From NCBI GenBank assembly GCA_963848135.1, contig CAWKCK010000018.1, positions 868,647 through 888,646 on the forward strand: DNA of 20,000 bases, written 5' to 3'. The notes under the pieces were generated by a model that did no database searches, was not told the origin of the DNA, and saw only the letters and a program-made list of their open reading frames with translations. Shown in pieces: positions 1 through 9,328 of this stretch; the first letter of the stretch is position 1; the number at the start of each line of letters is the position of its first letter. Both the position numbers and the translations under genes were made by a program. The stretch comes from an uncultured delta proteobacterium (GTDB taxonomy: Bacteria > Desulfobacterota > Desulfobacteria > Desulfobacterales > SG8-13).

Positions 1-2
1 CC

Positions 3-158
3 GTGGGATCGATGGGCCCCAAAATAGAGGCCGCGCTGAAGTTTGTCGAAATGAAAAAAAAGCGTGCTGTCATCTGTTCGATAGCGGAAATCGATGCGGC
101 CATCAAGGGCCGTGCCGGTACACAATTTCATCCGGAAACGAACAAACCGGTCCGATAA
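3..158 (+). CDS. arcC: Carbamate kinase, 3' end (5'-truncated by window edge)
   Basis: Frame from base 3 reads VGSMGPKIEAALKFVEMKKKRAVICSIAEIDAAIKGRAGTQFHPETNKPVR*. GSMGPKxxAA and the GxAGT tail are typical carbamate kinase C-terminal motifs. Not in the ORF track. Confidence 0.85.
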   Translation: MGSMGPKIEAALKFVEMKKKRAVICSIAEIDAAIKGRAGTQFHPETNKPVR

Positions 159-249
159 CTGCAATGACGGTGTATTGACACGTGGGAACCGCTTGAACTT
201 TCAAGCATGTGACATCAATTTTTCGGTACCGATCCCCGCGCTGAACCCT

Positions 250-1353
250 CTAAGAACTGCTATCGATGAGACCGCGGGCGACAGTCACAACGAAATCCTG
301 GACATTGGTCAATATGGACCGCGCTGTCAGGGATCCCCTGTCCGCCAGCTTGCTGACCGCAAACTCTGACATATCGACCGAGTAAAAGTAAACCGGTCGG
401 ATCTGGCCGTTATGAGTCACTGTATACGATGGCGTCATGTTGCCGGTGGCAATGGCATGCAATTGTGTGGCCAGGCAGATAATCGTGGTAGCGCGGCGGG
501 TCAGCCGCCGCATGGCATCCTGGGCCTGGTAAACATCGGCGATCACCCCGGGCATGGGACCGTCATCGCGGATGGATCCGGCCAGAACACACGGAATATC
601 CTTGCGGGTGACGATATGCATGATGCCGTTCGTGATGAGGTGCAGATCGATAGCCTCCCGTATCGACCCGATCCGCCGGATGGCGTTCAACGCGTCCAGA
701 TGCTTGTAGTGCCCCATGGCCACTGAACGCTTGGCGTAGAGTTCCTGTCCGAGAGCCGTACCGAACAGTGCCCCTTCCAGATCGTGGGTCGCCAGGGCAT
801 TGCCGGCCATCAATCCATGAACAAAGCCAGCCTCGACGAGCGCGGTGAAGGCCCGGCGTGAATCGTGGTCGAACACCACCGCTGGCCCGAGAACCCACAG
901 AATAAACCCGCTAGCTTTCTCGAACTGCAGCAGGTCATAGAGTTCATCGTAGTCGATAGAAAAGGAGGTTTCACGGGTCAGATGCGATCGGAAGGCGAAC
1001 TTCTCTTTCACGTAATCCGGGAAGTTAAAAGCGTTGGTTTGGACGTAAATGCCGTCCTCTCCATTTTCGCGCCGTCCCACGGCCACGAGATCACCGGATT
1101 TGAGGTTCCGGAACTCGGTCACCAGCAGCCGGTCATTCGGGCCGCGCACGACCACACAGTCCATGCGGGATTCTTCGACCAGACGCCACGCCCCCTTAAT
1201 GAGTTGAAAATATTCCGGGTAAACGGAGGTCGCGTGGTAATCATTGGGAGCGACACCGGCGGTTTCGACCGGTTCGAATTTTACTACTGGTGCATTGATT
1301 AGAAGGGGGCTGTTGAAATCCGGTTGTTGATATTGGGGAAGAATAAACGCCAT
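250..1353 (-). CDS. LOR/SDH-like (TIGR00300-type / AgrE-ArgZ C-terminal-like) protein, probable ornithine cyclodeaminase
   Basis: Motifs SRMDCVVV, WVLGPAV, AGNALATHDLEGALFGT, GHYKHLD, LAGSIRDDGP, LHAIATGNM and KLADRGS. Start moved from 1431 to the ATG at 1353 (MAFILP) because GGAGGTGAGG lies just upstream. Confidence 0.75.
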   Translation of the reverse strand: MAFILPQYQQPDFNSPLLINAPVVKFEPVETAGVAPNDYHATSVYPEYFQLIKGAWRLVEESRMDCVVVRGPNDRLLVTEFRNLKSGDLVAVGRRENGEDGIYVQTNAFNFPDYVKEKFAFRSHLTRETSFSIDYDELYDLLQFEKASGFILWVLGPAVVFDHDSRRAFTALVEAGFVHGLMAGNALATHDLEGALFGTALGQELYAKRSVAMGHYKHLDALNAIRRIGSIREAIDLHLITNGIMHIVTRKDIPCVLAGSIRDDGPMPGVIADVYQAQDAMRRLTRRATTIICLATQLHAIATGNMTPSYTVTHNGQIRPVYFYSVDMSEFAVSKLADRGSLTARSILTNVQDFVVTVARGLIDSSS

Positions 1354-1408
1354 GACCTCACCTCCCTGTTGGATGTCGCGGCACGGGTTTCGTGACGGCT
1401 TTGAGAGG

Positions 1409-1438
1409 ATTATAGTCCGTTCCGGTTTCATTTATCAA
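1409..1438 (-). promoter_or_regulatory. sigma70-type promoter for the ornithine cyclodeaminase-like gene
   Basis: Minus strand TTGATA (1438-1433), 18-nt spacer, TATAAT (1414-1409). Confidence 0.55.
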
Positions 1439-1557
1439 TAAATTTCAACCGGAACCGGATTCTATCGCTGTCGAAAAGCGAACTTGACAATCGTATCCAA
1501 CTATCCCCAGTATTAAAAGGACCACCGCATATAACCCTTCAATCAACGGAGTTCTGC

Positions 1558-2763
1558 ATGATATCCCTTAATCGCCTCAGGCAGGCGGCGGCACAGATAC
1601 AGAACTGGATCGTCAAAACCCCACTGGTCCATTCTCCGGCCATCAGCCGCATGTTTGGTGGTGAGGTTTACCTCAAGTTGGAGAACCTGCAGAAAACAGG
1701 TTCATTCAAAATCCGCGGTGCGTCGCACAAGCTGTTGACGTGTTCGGCTGACATCGGCCCCGGCGGCGTCGTGGCCGCATCGGCCGGAAATCACGCCCAG
1801 GGATTGGCGTTGGCGGCGAAACAGCTCGATATGCCGGCAACCATCGTCATGCCGGAATGGGTGTCCATTACCAAGAAAGAGGCCACCCGCATGTATGGTG
1901 CCAAGGTGGTCACCTTCGGGCAGAGTATCGGCGAATGCCTCGAGGAGGCCCAACGCATGACCCGCGAAGGGAAAATGTTCATCCATCCCTTTGATGATGA
2001 GGATATCATCACCGGTCAAGGAACCACCGGACTCGAGATCTTCGATGAACTGGCGCGCCCGGATCTGGTTGTCGTTCCCGTCGGGGGCGGGGGCCTGATT
2101 TCGGGGATTGTTTCGGCAGCCATGAACCTGTCCCCGGAAACCCGACTCGTCGGGGTACAGGCAGCGTCCTGCCCGTCGGCCTACGAAGCCTTCATGACAG
2201 GTCGAATCACGCAGGTCGAAGGCCGATCGTCGATTGCCGACGGTATCAGTGTGAAAAAGGTCGGTCAGTTGACTTTCGATATCATTCAAGAGGGCGTCGA
2301 TGAAATTGTATTGGCAGATGAAGAACAGATTGCGGCGGCAATTTTACTGCTCCTGGAACGCGAAAAAATCCTGGCCGAAGGCGCCGGTGCTGCCCCCCTG
2401 GCGGCACTGATGAACGGATCATTGAAACTCCCGCGAGAGGGAAGAACGGTACTTGTCATCAGCGGCGGCAATGTCGACAGTCCGCTTCTGGGCAGAATCA
2501 TCAGCCAGGGACTGACCCTGCACGGACGCGTCATGCGGGTCGGGATACGAATGGCCGACATCCCAGGCTCCCTGTCTAAGCTTCTGGCTCTGATCGCCGC
2601 CACCAAAGCCAATGTTCTGCACATCTACCATGATCGCAACGTTCGGGGCACTCCCATTTACATCACCCATGTGGATCTGGAACTCGAAACCCGCGGGCCC
2701 GCGCATGTCAAAGAAATTACGGAAACACTGCAAAGGGCTGGATACGAAATCAAGCTACCTTGA
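1558..2763 (+). CDS. ilvA: Threonine ammonia-lyase (PLP-dependent) with a single C-terminal ACT domain
   Basis: KLENLQKTGSFKIRGA (PLP lysine), SAGNHAQG, HPFDD, VPVGGGGLISG, EGAGA, SGGNVD, and a C-terminal ACT domain (DIPGSL...ELETRG). Confidence 0.93.
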   Translation: MISLNRLRQAAAQIQNWIVKTPLVHSPAISRMFGGEVYLKLENLQKTGSFKIRGASHKLLTCSADIGPGGVVAASAGNHAQGLALAAKQLDMPATIVMPEWVSITKKEATRMYGAKVVTFGQSIGECLEEAQRMTREGKMFIHPFDDEDIITGQGTTGLEIFDELARPDLVVVPVGGGGLISGIVSAAMNLSPETRLVGVQAASCPSAYEAFMTGRITQVEGRSSIADGISVKKVGQLTFDIIQEGVDEIVLADEEQIAAAILLLLEREKILAEGAGAAPLAALMNGSLKLPREGRTVLVISGGNVDSPLLGRIISQGLTLHGRVMRVGIRMADIPGSLSKLLALIAATKANVLHIYHDRNVRGTPIYITHVDLELETRGPAHVKEITETLQRAGYEIKLP

Positions 2764-2851
2764 GGGGTGCGGAGGGTAATCCTAATGATTATTATCGAAA
2801 TATTCGATTCTTTTCAAAAGCCATCTACATGTTTACCGAAGGGAGGGCATC

Positions 2852-3583
2852 ATGACCTATAGATTAAGGGTATCAATACTAAGTATATTTTTAATTTTCA
2901 ATATCGGCGAGCAGACTCATGCCGGATTTCAGGACTTCGTCAAGAAAACGATGAAGGCAGTGGGAGGCGAAAAGGGCCTCACAAACGATGAAATCGTCAA
3001 GGGCCTCAAGGAAGCCCTTGAAATTGGAACGAGTACTGCCGTGAAAGAGGTTTCAAAATCTGATGGGTACTTTAAAAATCCTCTGATTAAAATTCCCCTT
3101 CCTGAAAGCGTACAAAAGGTTGAAAAACTTCTCCGCGCAACCGGTTTTGGCAACAAGGTCGATGAATTCGAATTGAGCATGAACCGGGCTGCCGAGCGGG
3201 CGGCCCCGGAGGCGAAATCCATCTTCTTGGAGGCCGTCAAGCAGATGACGTTCACCGATGCCGGCAAGATTCTTGATGGCCCGGACAACGCCGCCACCTT
3301 GTATTTTAAGGATAAAACCTCGGGTAGACTGCAAGAAATTTTCGAGCCGATTACGCACCAGGCGATGTCCGAAGTCGGCACCACCAGGGATTATCAGGCT
3401 CTCGATGCCAAGATAAAAACCATCCCCTTTGGCGACCAAATGAATTTCGATTTGGATCAGTATGTAACCACCAAAGCGCTGGACGGACTATATCTGATGT
3501 TGGCTGTTGAAGAAAAAAAGATCCGGCAAGATCCCGCAGCCCGGGCGACCGATTTGCTTAAAAAGGTCTTCGGGGGTCAATGA
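2852..3583 (+). CDS. DUF4197 family exported protein
   Basis: Signal peptide; GLKEALEIG, IKIPLP, MNRAAERA, DAGKIL, AATLYF, KALDGLY and EEKKIRQDPAARATDLLKKVFG. RBS GGGAGG. Confidence 0.88.
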   Translation: MTYRLRVSILSIFLIFNIGEQTHAGFQDFVKKTMKAVGGEKGLTNDEIVKGLKEALEIGTSTAVKEVSKSDGYFKNPLIKIPLPESVQKVEKLLRATGFGNKVDEFELSMNRAAERAAPEAKSIFLEAVKQMTFTDAGKILDGPDNAATLYFKDKTSGRLQEIFEPITHQAMSEVGTTRDYQALDAKIKTIPFGDQMNFDLDQYVTTKALDGLYLMLAVEEKKIRQDPAARATDLLKKVFGGQ

Positions 3584-3605
3584 TTTCCAACAGAGGAGAT
3601 TGACA

Positions 3606-4448
3606 ATGGATCGGTGGGTGCACGTCAACAATATTCAAGTACACTGTTTGGATCACATAGGCGAAAACGGTCCACTCGTGCTCATGCCGGGCTTGACAGC
3701 CAATGCTCATTCATTTGATGGTCTCATCGCGGCGGGATTGAGCCCAGCGCTGCGGGTATTGTCCCTTGATCTGCGCGGACGTGGTTTGAGTGACAAACCC
3801 AAAAGTGGTTACAGCATGGCCGACCATGCCGCCGACGTACTTGGCTTGCTGGATGCAATGAATTTTAGGCGCGTCGTTTTGGGAGGACATTCATTTGGGG
3901 GGTTACTGTCCCTCTATATGGCGGCGCACTATCCTGACCGGGTCAGAAAATTAGTGGTCATGGATGCTGCCGGGTCAATGCACCCTCAAGTGCGTGAGTT
4001 AATCAAACCCTCCGTTGACCGCTTGGGCAAGGTACTGCCATCGTGGGGGGCATACATCGCTGCCATGAAACAGATGCCCTTCTACCAGGGCTGGTGGGAT
4101 CCAACCATCGAAAGTTATTATCACGCAGACGTAGAAATCCGCGCCGATGGCACAGTTAAACCACGCTCTCGCCCCGAGGCGATAATTGAAGCGGTGGATA
4201 AAGTTTTGGCTGAGGATTGGACCAAACATCTTGCTGCGGTCAAAGCGCCCATGATGTTGCTCAATGCATTGGGACCGTTTGGTCCAACGGGAGTTCCGCC
4301 GGTCTTGCCTCGTGAACAAGCGCTTGAGACGGTCAAGGCGGTGGCAGAAGGGTACTACGTTGAAGTCCCCGGCAATCATATGACCATGCTGTTCGGTGAA
4401 GGGGCGCAGCGGATAGTTGCGAAAATTATAGATTTCGTAAATTCATAG
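3606..4448 (+). CDS. Alpha/beta fold hydrolase
   Basis: DLRGRGLSD, nucleophile elbow GHSFGG, and PGNHM catalytic His. Start set at ATG 3606 behind the GAGGAG RBS. Confidence 0.88.
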   Translation: MDRWVHVNNIQVHCLDHIGENGPLVLMPGLTANAHSFDGLIAAGLSPALRVLSLDLRGRGLSDKPKSGYSMADHAADVLGLLDAMNFRRVVLGGHSFGGLLSLYMAAHYPDRVRKLVVMDAAGSMHPQVRELIKPSVDRLGKVLPSWGAYIAAMKQMPFYQGWWDPTIESYYHADVEIRADGTVKPRSRPEAIIEAVDKVLAEDWTKHLAAVKAPMMLLNALGPFGPTGVPPVLPREQALETVKAVAEGYYVEVPGNHMTMLFGEGAQRIVAKIIDFVNS

Positions 4449-4481
4449 TCGATCTCTTTCAGCAAACACAAAAGGAAAAAT

Positions 4482-5222
4482 ATGTCCGATGAAAAAATAG
4501 AAAAATTGGCCGTACTAATCGATGCTGACAATGCGCAGCCTTCCATTGTTGATGGACTATTATCGGAAATTGCAAAATATGGAACGGCCAATGTGAAAAG
4601 GATTTACGGTGACTGGACATTGCCGGGCCTTAAAGGGTGGAAGGAATCTCTATTACAGTTTTCAATTCAACCTATACAGCAATTTGGGTATACTTCTGGT
4701 AAAAATGCAACCGACAGCGCATTGATAATTGATGCAATGGATTTACTTTACACCGGTAAATTTGACGGTTTTTGCATCGTATCAAGCGATAGTGATTTCA
4801 CTAAGTTGGCATCGAGGATAAGAGAAGCCGGTCTTTTTGTTTATGGATTTGGGGAAAGAAAAACCCCGAAGGCATTCGTTTCCGCGTGCGATAAATTCAT
4901 ATTCACTGAAGTGCTGCGATCAAAAGATGAACATAATGAAAAAATGAGTCGCAAGTCAATCAGCGAACTAAAAAAAGACACGAAACTCGTTAATTTACTA
5001 AGAAACGCTGTCGAAGCATCTTCAGACGATTCCGGTTGGGCCCATCTTGCATCCGTGGGTAGTAATATCGCCAAGCAAGCGCCGGAGTTTGACCCTCGAA
5101 ACTATGGTTATAAAAAGCTCGGAGAACTGGCGTCAGCAACAAAGCTATTTAAAATCGACGAAAGAGTTGTTGGCGATGGACCCTCAAAAGCAATTTATTT
5201 AATGGATAATAGAAAGAAATAG
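4482..5222 (+). CDS. NYN domain (LabA/DUF88, PIN-like) protein with C-terminal OST-HTH/LOTUS domain
   Basis: LIDADN, KRIYGDW, GKNATDSALIIDAMD, SSDSDF, and C-terminal GWAHL..VG...PEFDPRNYGYKKL. Confidence 0.92.
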   Translation: MSDEKIEKLAVLIDADNAQPSIVDGLLSEIAKYGTANVKRIYGDWTLPGLKGWKESLLQFSIQPIQQFGYTSGKNATDSALIIDAMDLLYTGKFDGFCIVSSDSDFTKLASRIREAGLFVYGFGERKTPKAFVSACDKFIFTEVLRSKDEHNEKMSRKSISELKKDTKLVNLLRNAVEASSDDSGWAHLASVGSNIAKQAPEFDPRNYGYKKLGELASATKLFKIDERVVGDGPSKAIYLMDNRKK

Positions 5223-5238
5223 AAAGAAATAGAAAGAA
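5208..5238. repeat. 10-bp tandem repeat (AATAGAAAGA x3) spanning the NYN stop codon
   Basis: Read directly: aat agaaagaaat agaaagaaat agaaagaa. Confidence 0.85.
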
Positions 5239-5285
5239 TAACTTCTATCAATTCTATTAAATTAGTTAAAGAAAATTAGGTCACG

Positions 5286-5675
5286 ATGAATAACGCATTA
5301 AAAGGCGCACTTTTATCAGGTTTAGGATTTCCAGGTTTGGGACAGATTGTATTAAAGCATTATAGACGCGGTTTTGCACTGATGATTGTGGTTTTAGGAA
5401 GTGTATTGGCAATCGCCGTGGAAGCCATACAAAAAGCCTTTACCATCGTGGAAAAGATTACTTCGGGTGGTGCGGTTGATATGAGTAAAATCACGGAAGC
5501 GGCCACCCAGCCATCCACCTCTGCTGAAAGCGTTACTGCCAAACTGGCCTTTTTCGTCATAATTGTCTGCTGGAACATAGGCATTATCGACGCCTATAGA
5601 ATCGGTAAGAAAATAGACAACCAACAACGTTTGGCGGGTCAAGCACCAGAGGTAAATGGAAAGAAATTGAGATGA
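5286..5675 (+). CDS. Small membrane protein (FPGLGQ-type hypothetical)
   Basis: ALLSGLGFPGLGQ N-terminus, two further hydrophobic segments, and IIDAYR. Confidence 0.7.
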   Translation: MNNALKGALLSGLGFPGLGQIVLKHYRRGFALMIVVLGSVLAIAVEAIQKAFTIVEKITSGGAVDMSKITEAATQPSTSAESVTAKLAFFVIIVCWNIGIIDAYRIGKKIDNQQRLAGQAPEVNGKKLR

Positions 5676-6103
5676 CCCGGATAAAAATACCCAGGAACAT
5701 TAGTGAATGGAACGACTTTGGAAGAGATTATTTGCCCGGTCACATGGGTCTCGAGATTCTATCCGTTAAAGCGGATGAACTTCTGGCACGTATGAATGTT
5801 CGGCAGAAAGTATGTGCACCGAACGGCTTCTTGCATGCAGCTTCCGTCGTTGCACTCGCTGATACCGCCTGTGGATATGCAACCATCAACAACCTTCCGA
5901 TAGGTGCATACGGATTCACGACAATCGAACTAAAGACCAACTTTATTGGAACAACGCTTGAAGGTGATGTGATTTGCGTTGCCAAACTGGTACACAAAGG
6001 CCGGACAACACAAGTATGGGATGCCGAAGTAACTGTGGATGAAACCGACAGGAAGATCGCTTTTTTCCGTTGTACGCAGATGATACTTTGGCCCAAAGAT
6101 TAG
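5672..6103 (+). CDS. PaaI/hotdog-fold thioesterase
   Basis: APNGFLHAASVVALADTACG, TIELKTNF, HKGRTTQVWDAEV. The ATGA overlap with the upstream stop suggests translational coupling. Confidence 0.9.
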   Translation: MTRIKIPRNISEWNDFGRDYLPGHMGLEILSVKADELLARMNVRQKVCAPNGFLHAASVVALADTACGYATINNLPIGAYGFTTIELKTNFIGTTLEGDVICVAKLVHKGRTTQVWDAEVTVDETDRKIAFFRCTQMILWPKD

Positions 6104-6589
6104 GTAGGGATCTTCCGCGAAAAATAAATAGTGCCATTGAGCGTCCATCCATAAATGGTCTTTTCCCCGTTAGTCGGCGTGCTCCTCAGGTTTCCGGCTG
6201 AAGCTTCGTTTCACCATGTCACGGTTAAAATTATGATTGTCAGGTAATATCGCTGACGCCTATCTGAAAATAAGAGATAATTTCTGATAATTGAAATCCT
6301 GTCAAAATCTGTTTAGCGAGGCACCACTCTGTGGCATTGACATACGTGTTCTTTATAGATTACGTGTGTTTCGAGGGAATTAATTTGCTTACTGATTTCG
6401 ACGCTACCCATTGACCGACACACTCGTATACACGCTGATAAGCTTCCCAAGCCTCTTTCTCCTTTTCCCCGCACCGTACCTATTTCCTCATTTCAATATC
6501 TCGATGAATTACCGCCTCATGAAGTGACTTCATCTTAACCTCGGTAATTGTTGAATATCGAACCTTATATGTAAGTTTGAGGAGGCATT

Positions 6590-7729
6590 ATGACGAAGGA
6601 AGATGGGTTGAATTTTTTTGACCAATATCCAATCTCTCAAGAATTGCCGGGCCTGATTACTGAAACAGATCCAAATGTCCAAGCTGCCAATATTGAAAAC
6701 CTGCTGGAAAAATATTTTGCTATAAATGGATTTGCAATTTCAGTAATCACTGATGATTCGGTGGTAAGACATACAAAAAAGAATGTAATTCAAGAGAATT
6801 TGCTAAACAGATTAGACGAAATGCTTTTCAACGCACAGGATGAGGCAAAATTTAAAAGTAATAATGTGATTCCCTTCAAATTCAACGCTGGAGAAATTTT
6901 GACTATTGCGGCTGAAGAATATTCTTCAGCAGATATCCAGAATGCGAACGGTTTAGCCTTTTATCTGAATGGAAATAACCTTAAAGGGGGACTGTACCTG
7001 ATTACTGATAACCAAACTATAAAAATGTTTACCTCGGATATAGGGAAAACACAAAAGCTTATGGCACTTATATCTAGCCTGCTTACAAACGCATATTTGC
7101 ATCTGCGCAGTTCCGAAAAAATGCGGTTTTTTAGTTTGTATGAAACGGTTAGTTCGGCTTTGGGATATGTTGGAGATTTGCAGGAACTACTAACGACAAT
7201 TATTAGCATTGTGATGTCAGAATTGCCATCCGAAGAGGGCTCCGTTTTGCTACTTGATGACAAAACCAATGAGTTGGAATTCTTTAGTGCTATTGGAGAA
7301 ACCGGATTTGGTTTAACACAACTGCGCTTTCCCGCTGATAAAGGCATTGCAGGGCAGGCATTAAAAAACCGTGAAGCTATCGTCGTTAATGATGTCGAGA
7401 CTTGCCCCTATTTTTTTAAAAACATTGACGAAGATAGTGGTTTCACGACCAAGTCTATCCTCGCCGTACCTCTTATTTCCGGTGAGGAATGTATTGGTGT
7501 TATTGAAGCTATAAATAAAATTGGCAGTGATAGTTTCGATGATCAGGATAAGCGAATGCTGATGGCGATTGCCGATGAAGTGGCTTTGGCGATAAAAAAC
7601 GCCAGACTTTTCGACTATGTAGTGGATAGCTATTGTAATATTAGGCAGGGAAAAATGAGTTGCAAAGGATGCGTCCGCCCCTTGAAGTCTTGGACACCTT
7701 GTGCAAGGCAACTTGATAAAGTCCTATAA
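6590..7729 (+). CDS. GAF-domain protein with C-terminal Cys motif and no recognisable output domain
   Basis: GAF signature (GIAG...IVVNDV..CPYF...D..SGF.TKSILAVPL...IGVIEAINK...F...D) and tail C-x8-C-x2-C-x9-C. RBS GAGGAGG. Confidence 0.8.
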   Translation: MTKEDGLNFFDQYPISQELPGLITETDPNVQAANIENLLEKYFAINGFAISVITDDSVVRHTKKNVIQENLLNRLDEMLFNAQDEAKFKSNNVIPFKFNAGEILTIAAEEYSSADIQNANGLAFYLNGNNLKGGLYLITDNQTIKMFTSDIGKTQKLMALISSLLTNAYLHLRSSEKMRFFSLYETVSSALGYVGDLQELLTTIISIVMSELPSEEGSVLLLDDKTNELEFFSAIGETGFGLTQLRFPADKGIAGQALKNREAIVVNDVETCPYFFKNIDEDSGFTTKSILAVPLISGEECIGVIEAINKIGSDSFDDQDKRMLMAIADEVALAIKNARLFDYVVDSYCNIRQGKMSCKGCVRPLKSWTPCARQLDKVL

Positions 7730-7981
7730 ATCAGAATCAATTCTCCCCATTCATTTTTATAAAGGAAGCGTTTAGTATGTGGGCCTATAGAGGACCCATC
7801 CATCGAAGCTATAGGTCAGGCTTTAAGGGCTAACAATAATTTTTCCCAACATATTCTTATTATAATTTAGGAGATGATTTTGACACAAAATTAATTGATA
7901 CTGATATGCTCCCATCAAATACTGCGAACGATCCGTGAATGCAACAGGGGTTCGATTCAGCTACCAATGGCTGTCGGGTGC

Positions 7982-9328
7982 TTACCGGTGTGTCCATGTG
8001 GCCTGGATCTCTTCCAAGCTTTTCCCTTTCGTCTCGGGCACAAAGAGGTATGCAAAGAGCCAGGCGCCGAAGCTGAGCAGGCCGTACAACCAGAACGTCC
8101 CAGCTCGCCCCAGGGTTTGAATTAGGGTCAGAAACGTGAGTGTGGAGAGCAGATATCCGGCCCACAGGGCCACGGTTGCTATGCTCATCGCCGTACCGCG
8201 GATTCTCAACGGGTAGATTTCTGAGATCAGCAAAAAAGTGGCCGCTCCTGGACCGATCATCCAGGAGCCGACAAGAAGCATCAGGCTTCCCACAGCGACC
8301 CCGCCCAGGAAACGACTATGCGGGACATGAAAGGCTAAGCCCAACACACCCAGGCTGAGCACCATACCGGCAAATCCGATAAGCAGCAATGGTCGTCGTC
8401 CAAACCGGTCTAACGACTGCATGGCCACGATGGTCGTCAGCACCATTGTGACACCCACCCCGATCGAGGCCATAATGTCGACTGCCGCCGATTCGAATCC
8501 CGCCAATTCAAAAATAGTGGGAGCATAGAAGAATCCAAGATTGATACCAGTCACGCGCTGACAGATTCCCAGACCAACGCCCACGATCAATGCCGGCCTG
8601 ACGACTGGGCTCATCAACTCTGCCCAGCCCCCTTTGTGTTGAGTGAGGCCTGTTTGAATGCCTTGGATCTCACCTTCCACGGTGGCTGTCCCGCGGATGC
8701 GTTGTAATACGGCGCGCGCTCTATCCACCAAACCATGACTTGCCAGCCAGCGTGGGGTCTCCGGCAAAAACGTCATCCCGATGCCGAGTAACACGGCGGG
8801 AATCACACCTAAGCCAAACATCCAACGCCATGCATGGGCAGCGGAGAAGACATAGTTCACAATGAAAGCGATGAGAGCTCCACAACTGCTCCCAACTATG
8901 AAGAAAGAAACCAGTCGACCGCGGGCGTTATCAGGAGATATCTCAGAGATATAGAGGGGTGCAGCCATCGAAACCATACCAACGGAAACTCCGACGATAA
9001 CCCGCCCGACGATTATCCAGGTGACCGTTGATGCCAAGGCTGTGCTGAGTGCGCCTATTACAAAGATAACGGCTACCAGTATGAGGATTATCCGCCGACC
9101 AAAGCGGTCGGCCAAAAGTCCGCCACCGGCCGCGCCCACCAGGGCACCAAACACGACGGCACTGACGACCACTTCTTCCACGTTTGGCGAGAGGGCAAAC
9201 TGTTGTTTGATGAAGAGGATCGCACCCGAGATGACGACGACATCGTACCCGAAGATCAAACCGCCGATGGCAGCGATTCCAGCGGCCACATATACAAAGC
9301 GAGGGATCTCATGGTGCGGATTGGTCAT
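7982..9328 (-). CDS. Sugar porter family MFS transporter
   Basis: GGLIFGYD, DRFGRR (twice), YISEISP..RG, PETPRWL, SEIYP..IRG and VPETKGKSLEEI. Start placed at MTNPHHE (9328); the longer 9439 start is not excluded. Confidence 0.92.
   Translation of the reverse strand: MTNPHHEIPRFVYVAAGIAAIGGLIFGYDVVVISGAILFIKQQFALSPNVEEVVVSAVVFGALVGAAGGGLLADRFGRRIILILVAVIFVIGALSTALASTVTWIIVGRVIVGVSVGMVSMAAPLYISEISPDNARGRLVSFFIVGSSCGALIAFIVNYVFSAAHAWRWMFGLGVIPAVLLGIGMTFLPETPRWLASHGLVDRARAVLQRIRGTATVEGEIQGIQTGLTQHKGGWAELMSPVVRPALIVGVGLGICQRVTGINLGFFYAPTIFELAGFESAAVDIMASIGVGVTMVLTTIVAMQSLDRFGRRPLLLIGFAGMVLSLGVLGLAFHVPHSRFLGGVAVGSLMLLVGSWMIGPGAATFLLISEIYPLRIRGTAMSIATVALWAGYLLSTLTFLTLIQTLGRAGTFWLYGLLSFGAWLFAYLFVPETKGKSLEEIQATWTHR

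Noticed and set aside
1484..1516. TTGACA upstream of ilvA
   Set aside because: The nearest -10-like hexamer (TATTAA) is 21 nt away, so the spacing is wrong.
94..4591. Many overlapping or antisense ORFs in the track (e.g. 412-726, 865-1302, 1702-2289, 2929-3384, 3999-4379)
   Set aside because: They are shadows of well-supported genes in GC-rich DNA and have no motifs.
6139..6190. GAGCGTCCATCCATAAATGG..., reminiscent of a deltaproteobacterial MITE/REP-like end
   Set aside because: Single partial copy with no partner inverted end in the window; the resemblance is from memory only.
7828..7870. GGCTAAC core-like site after the GAF gene
   Set aside because: No following stem or GTTRRRY at attC spacing.
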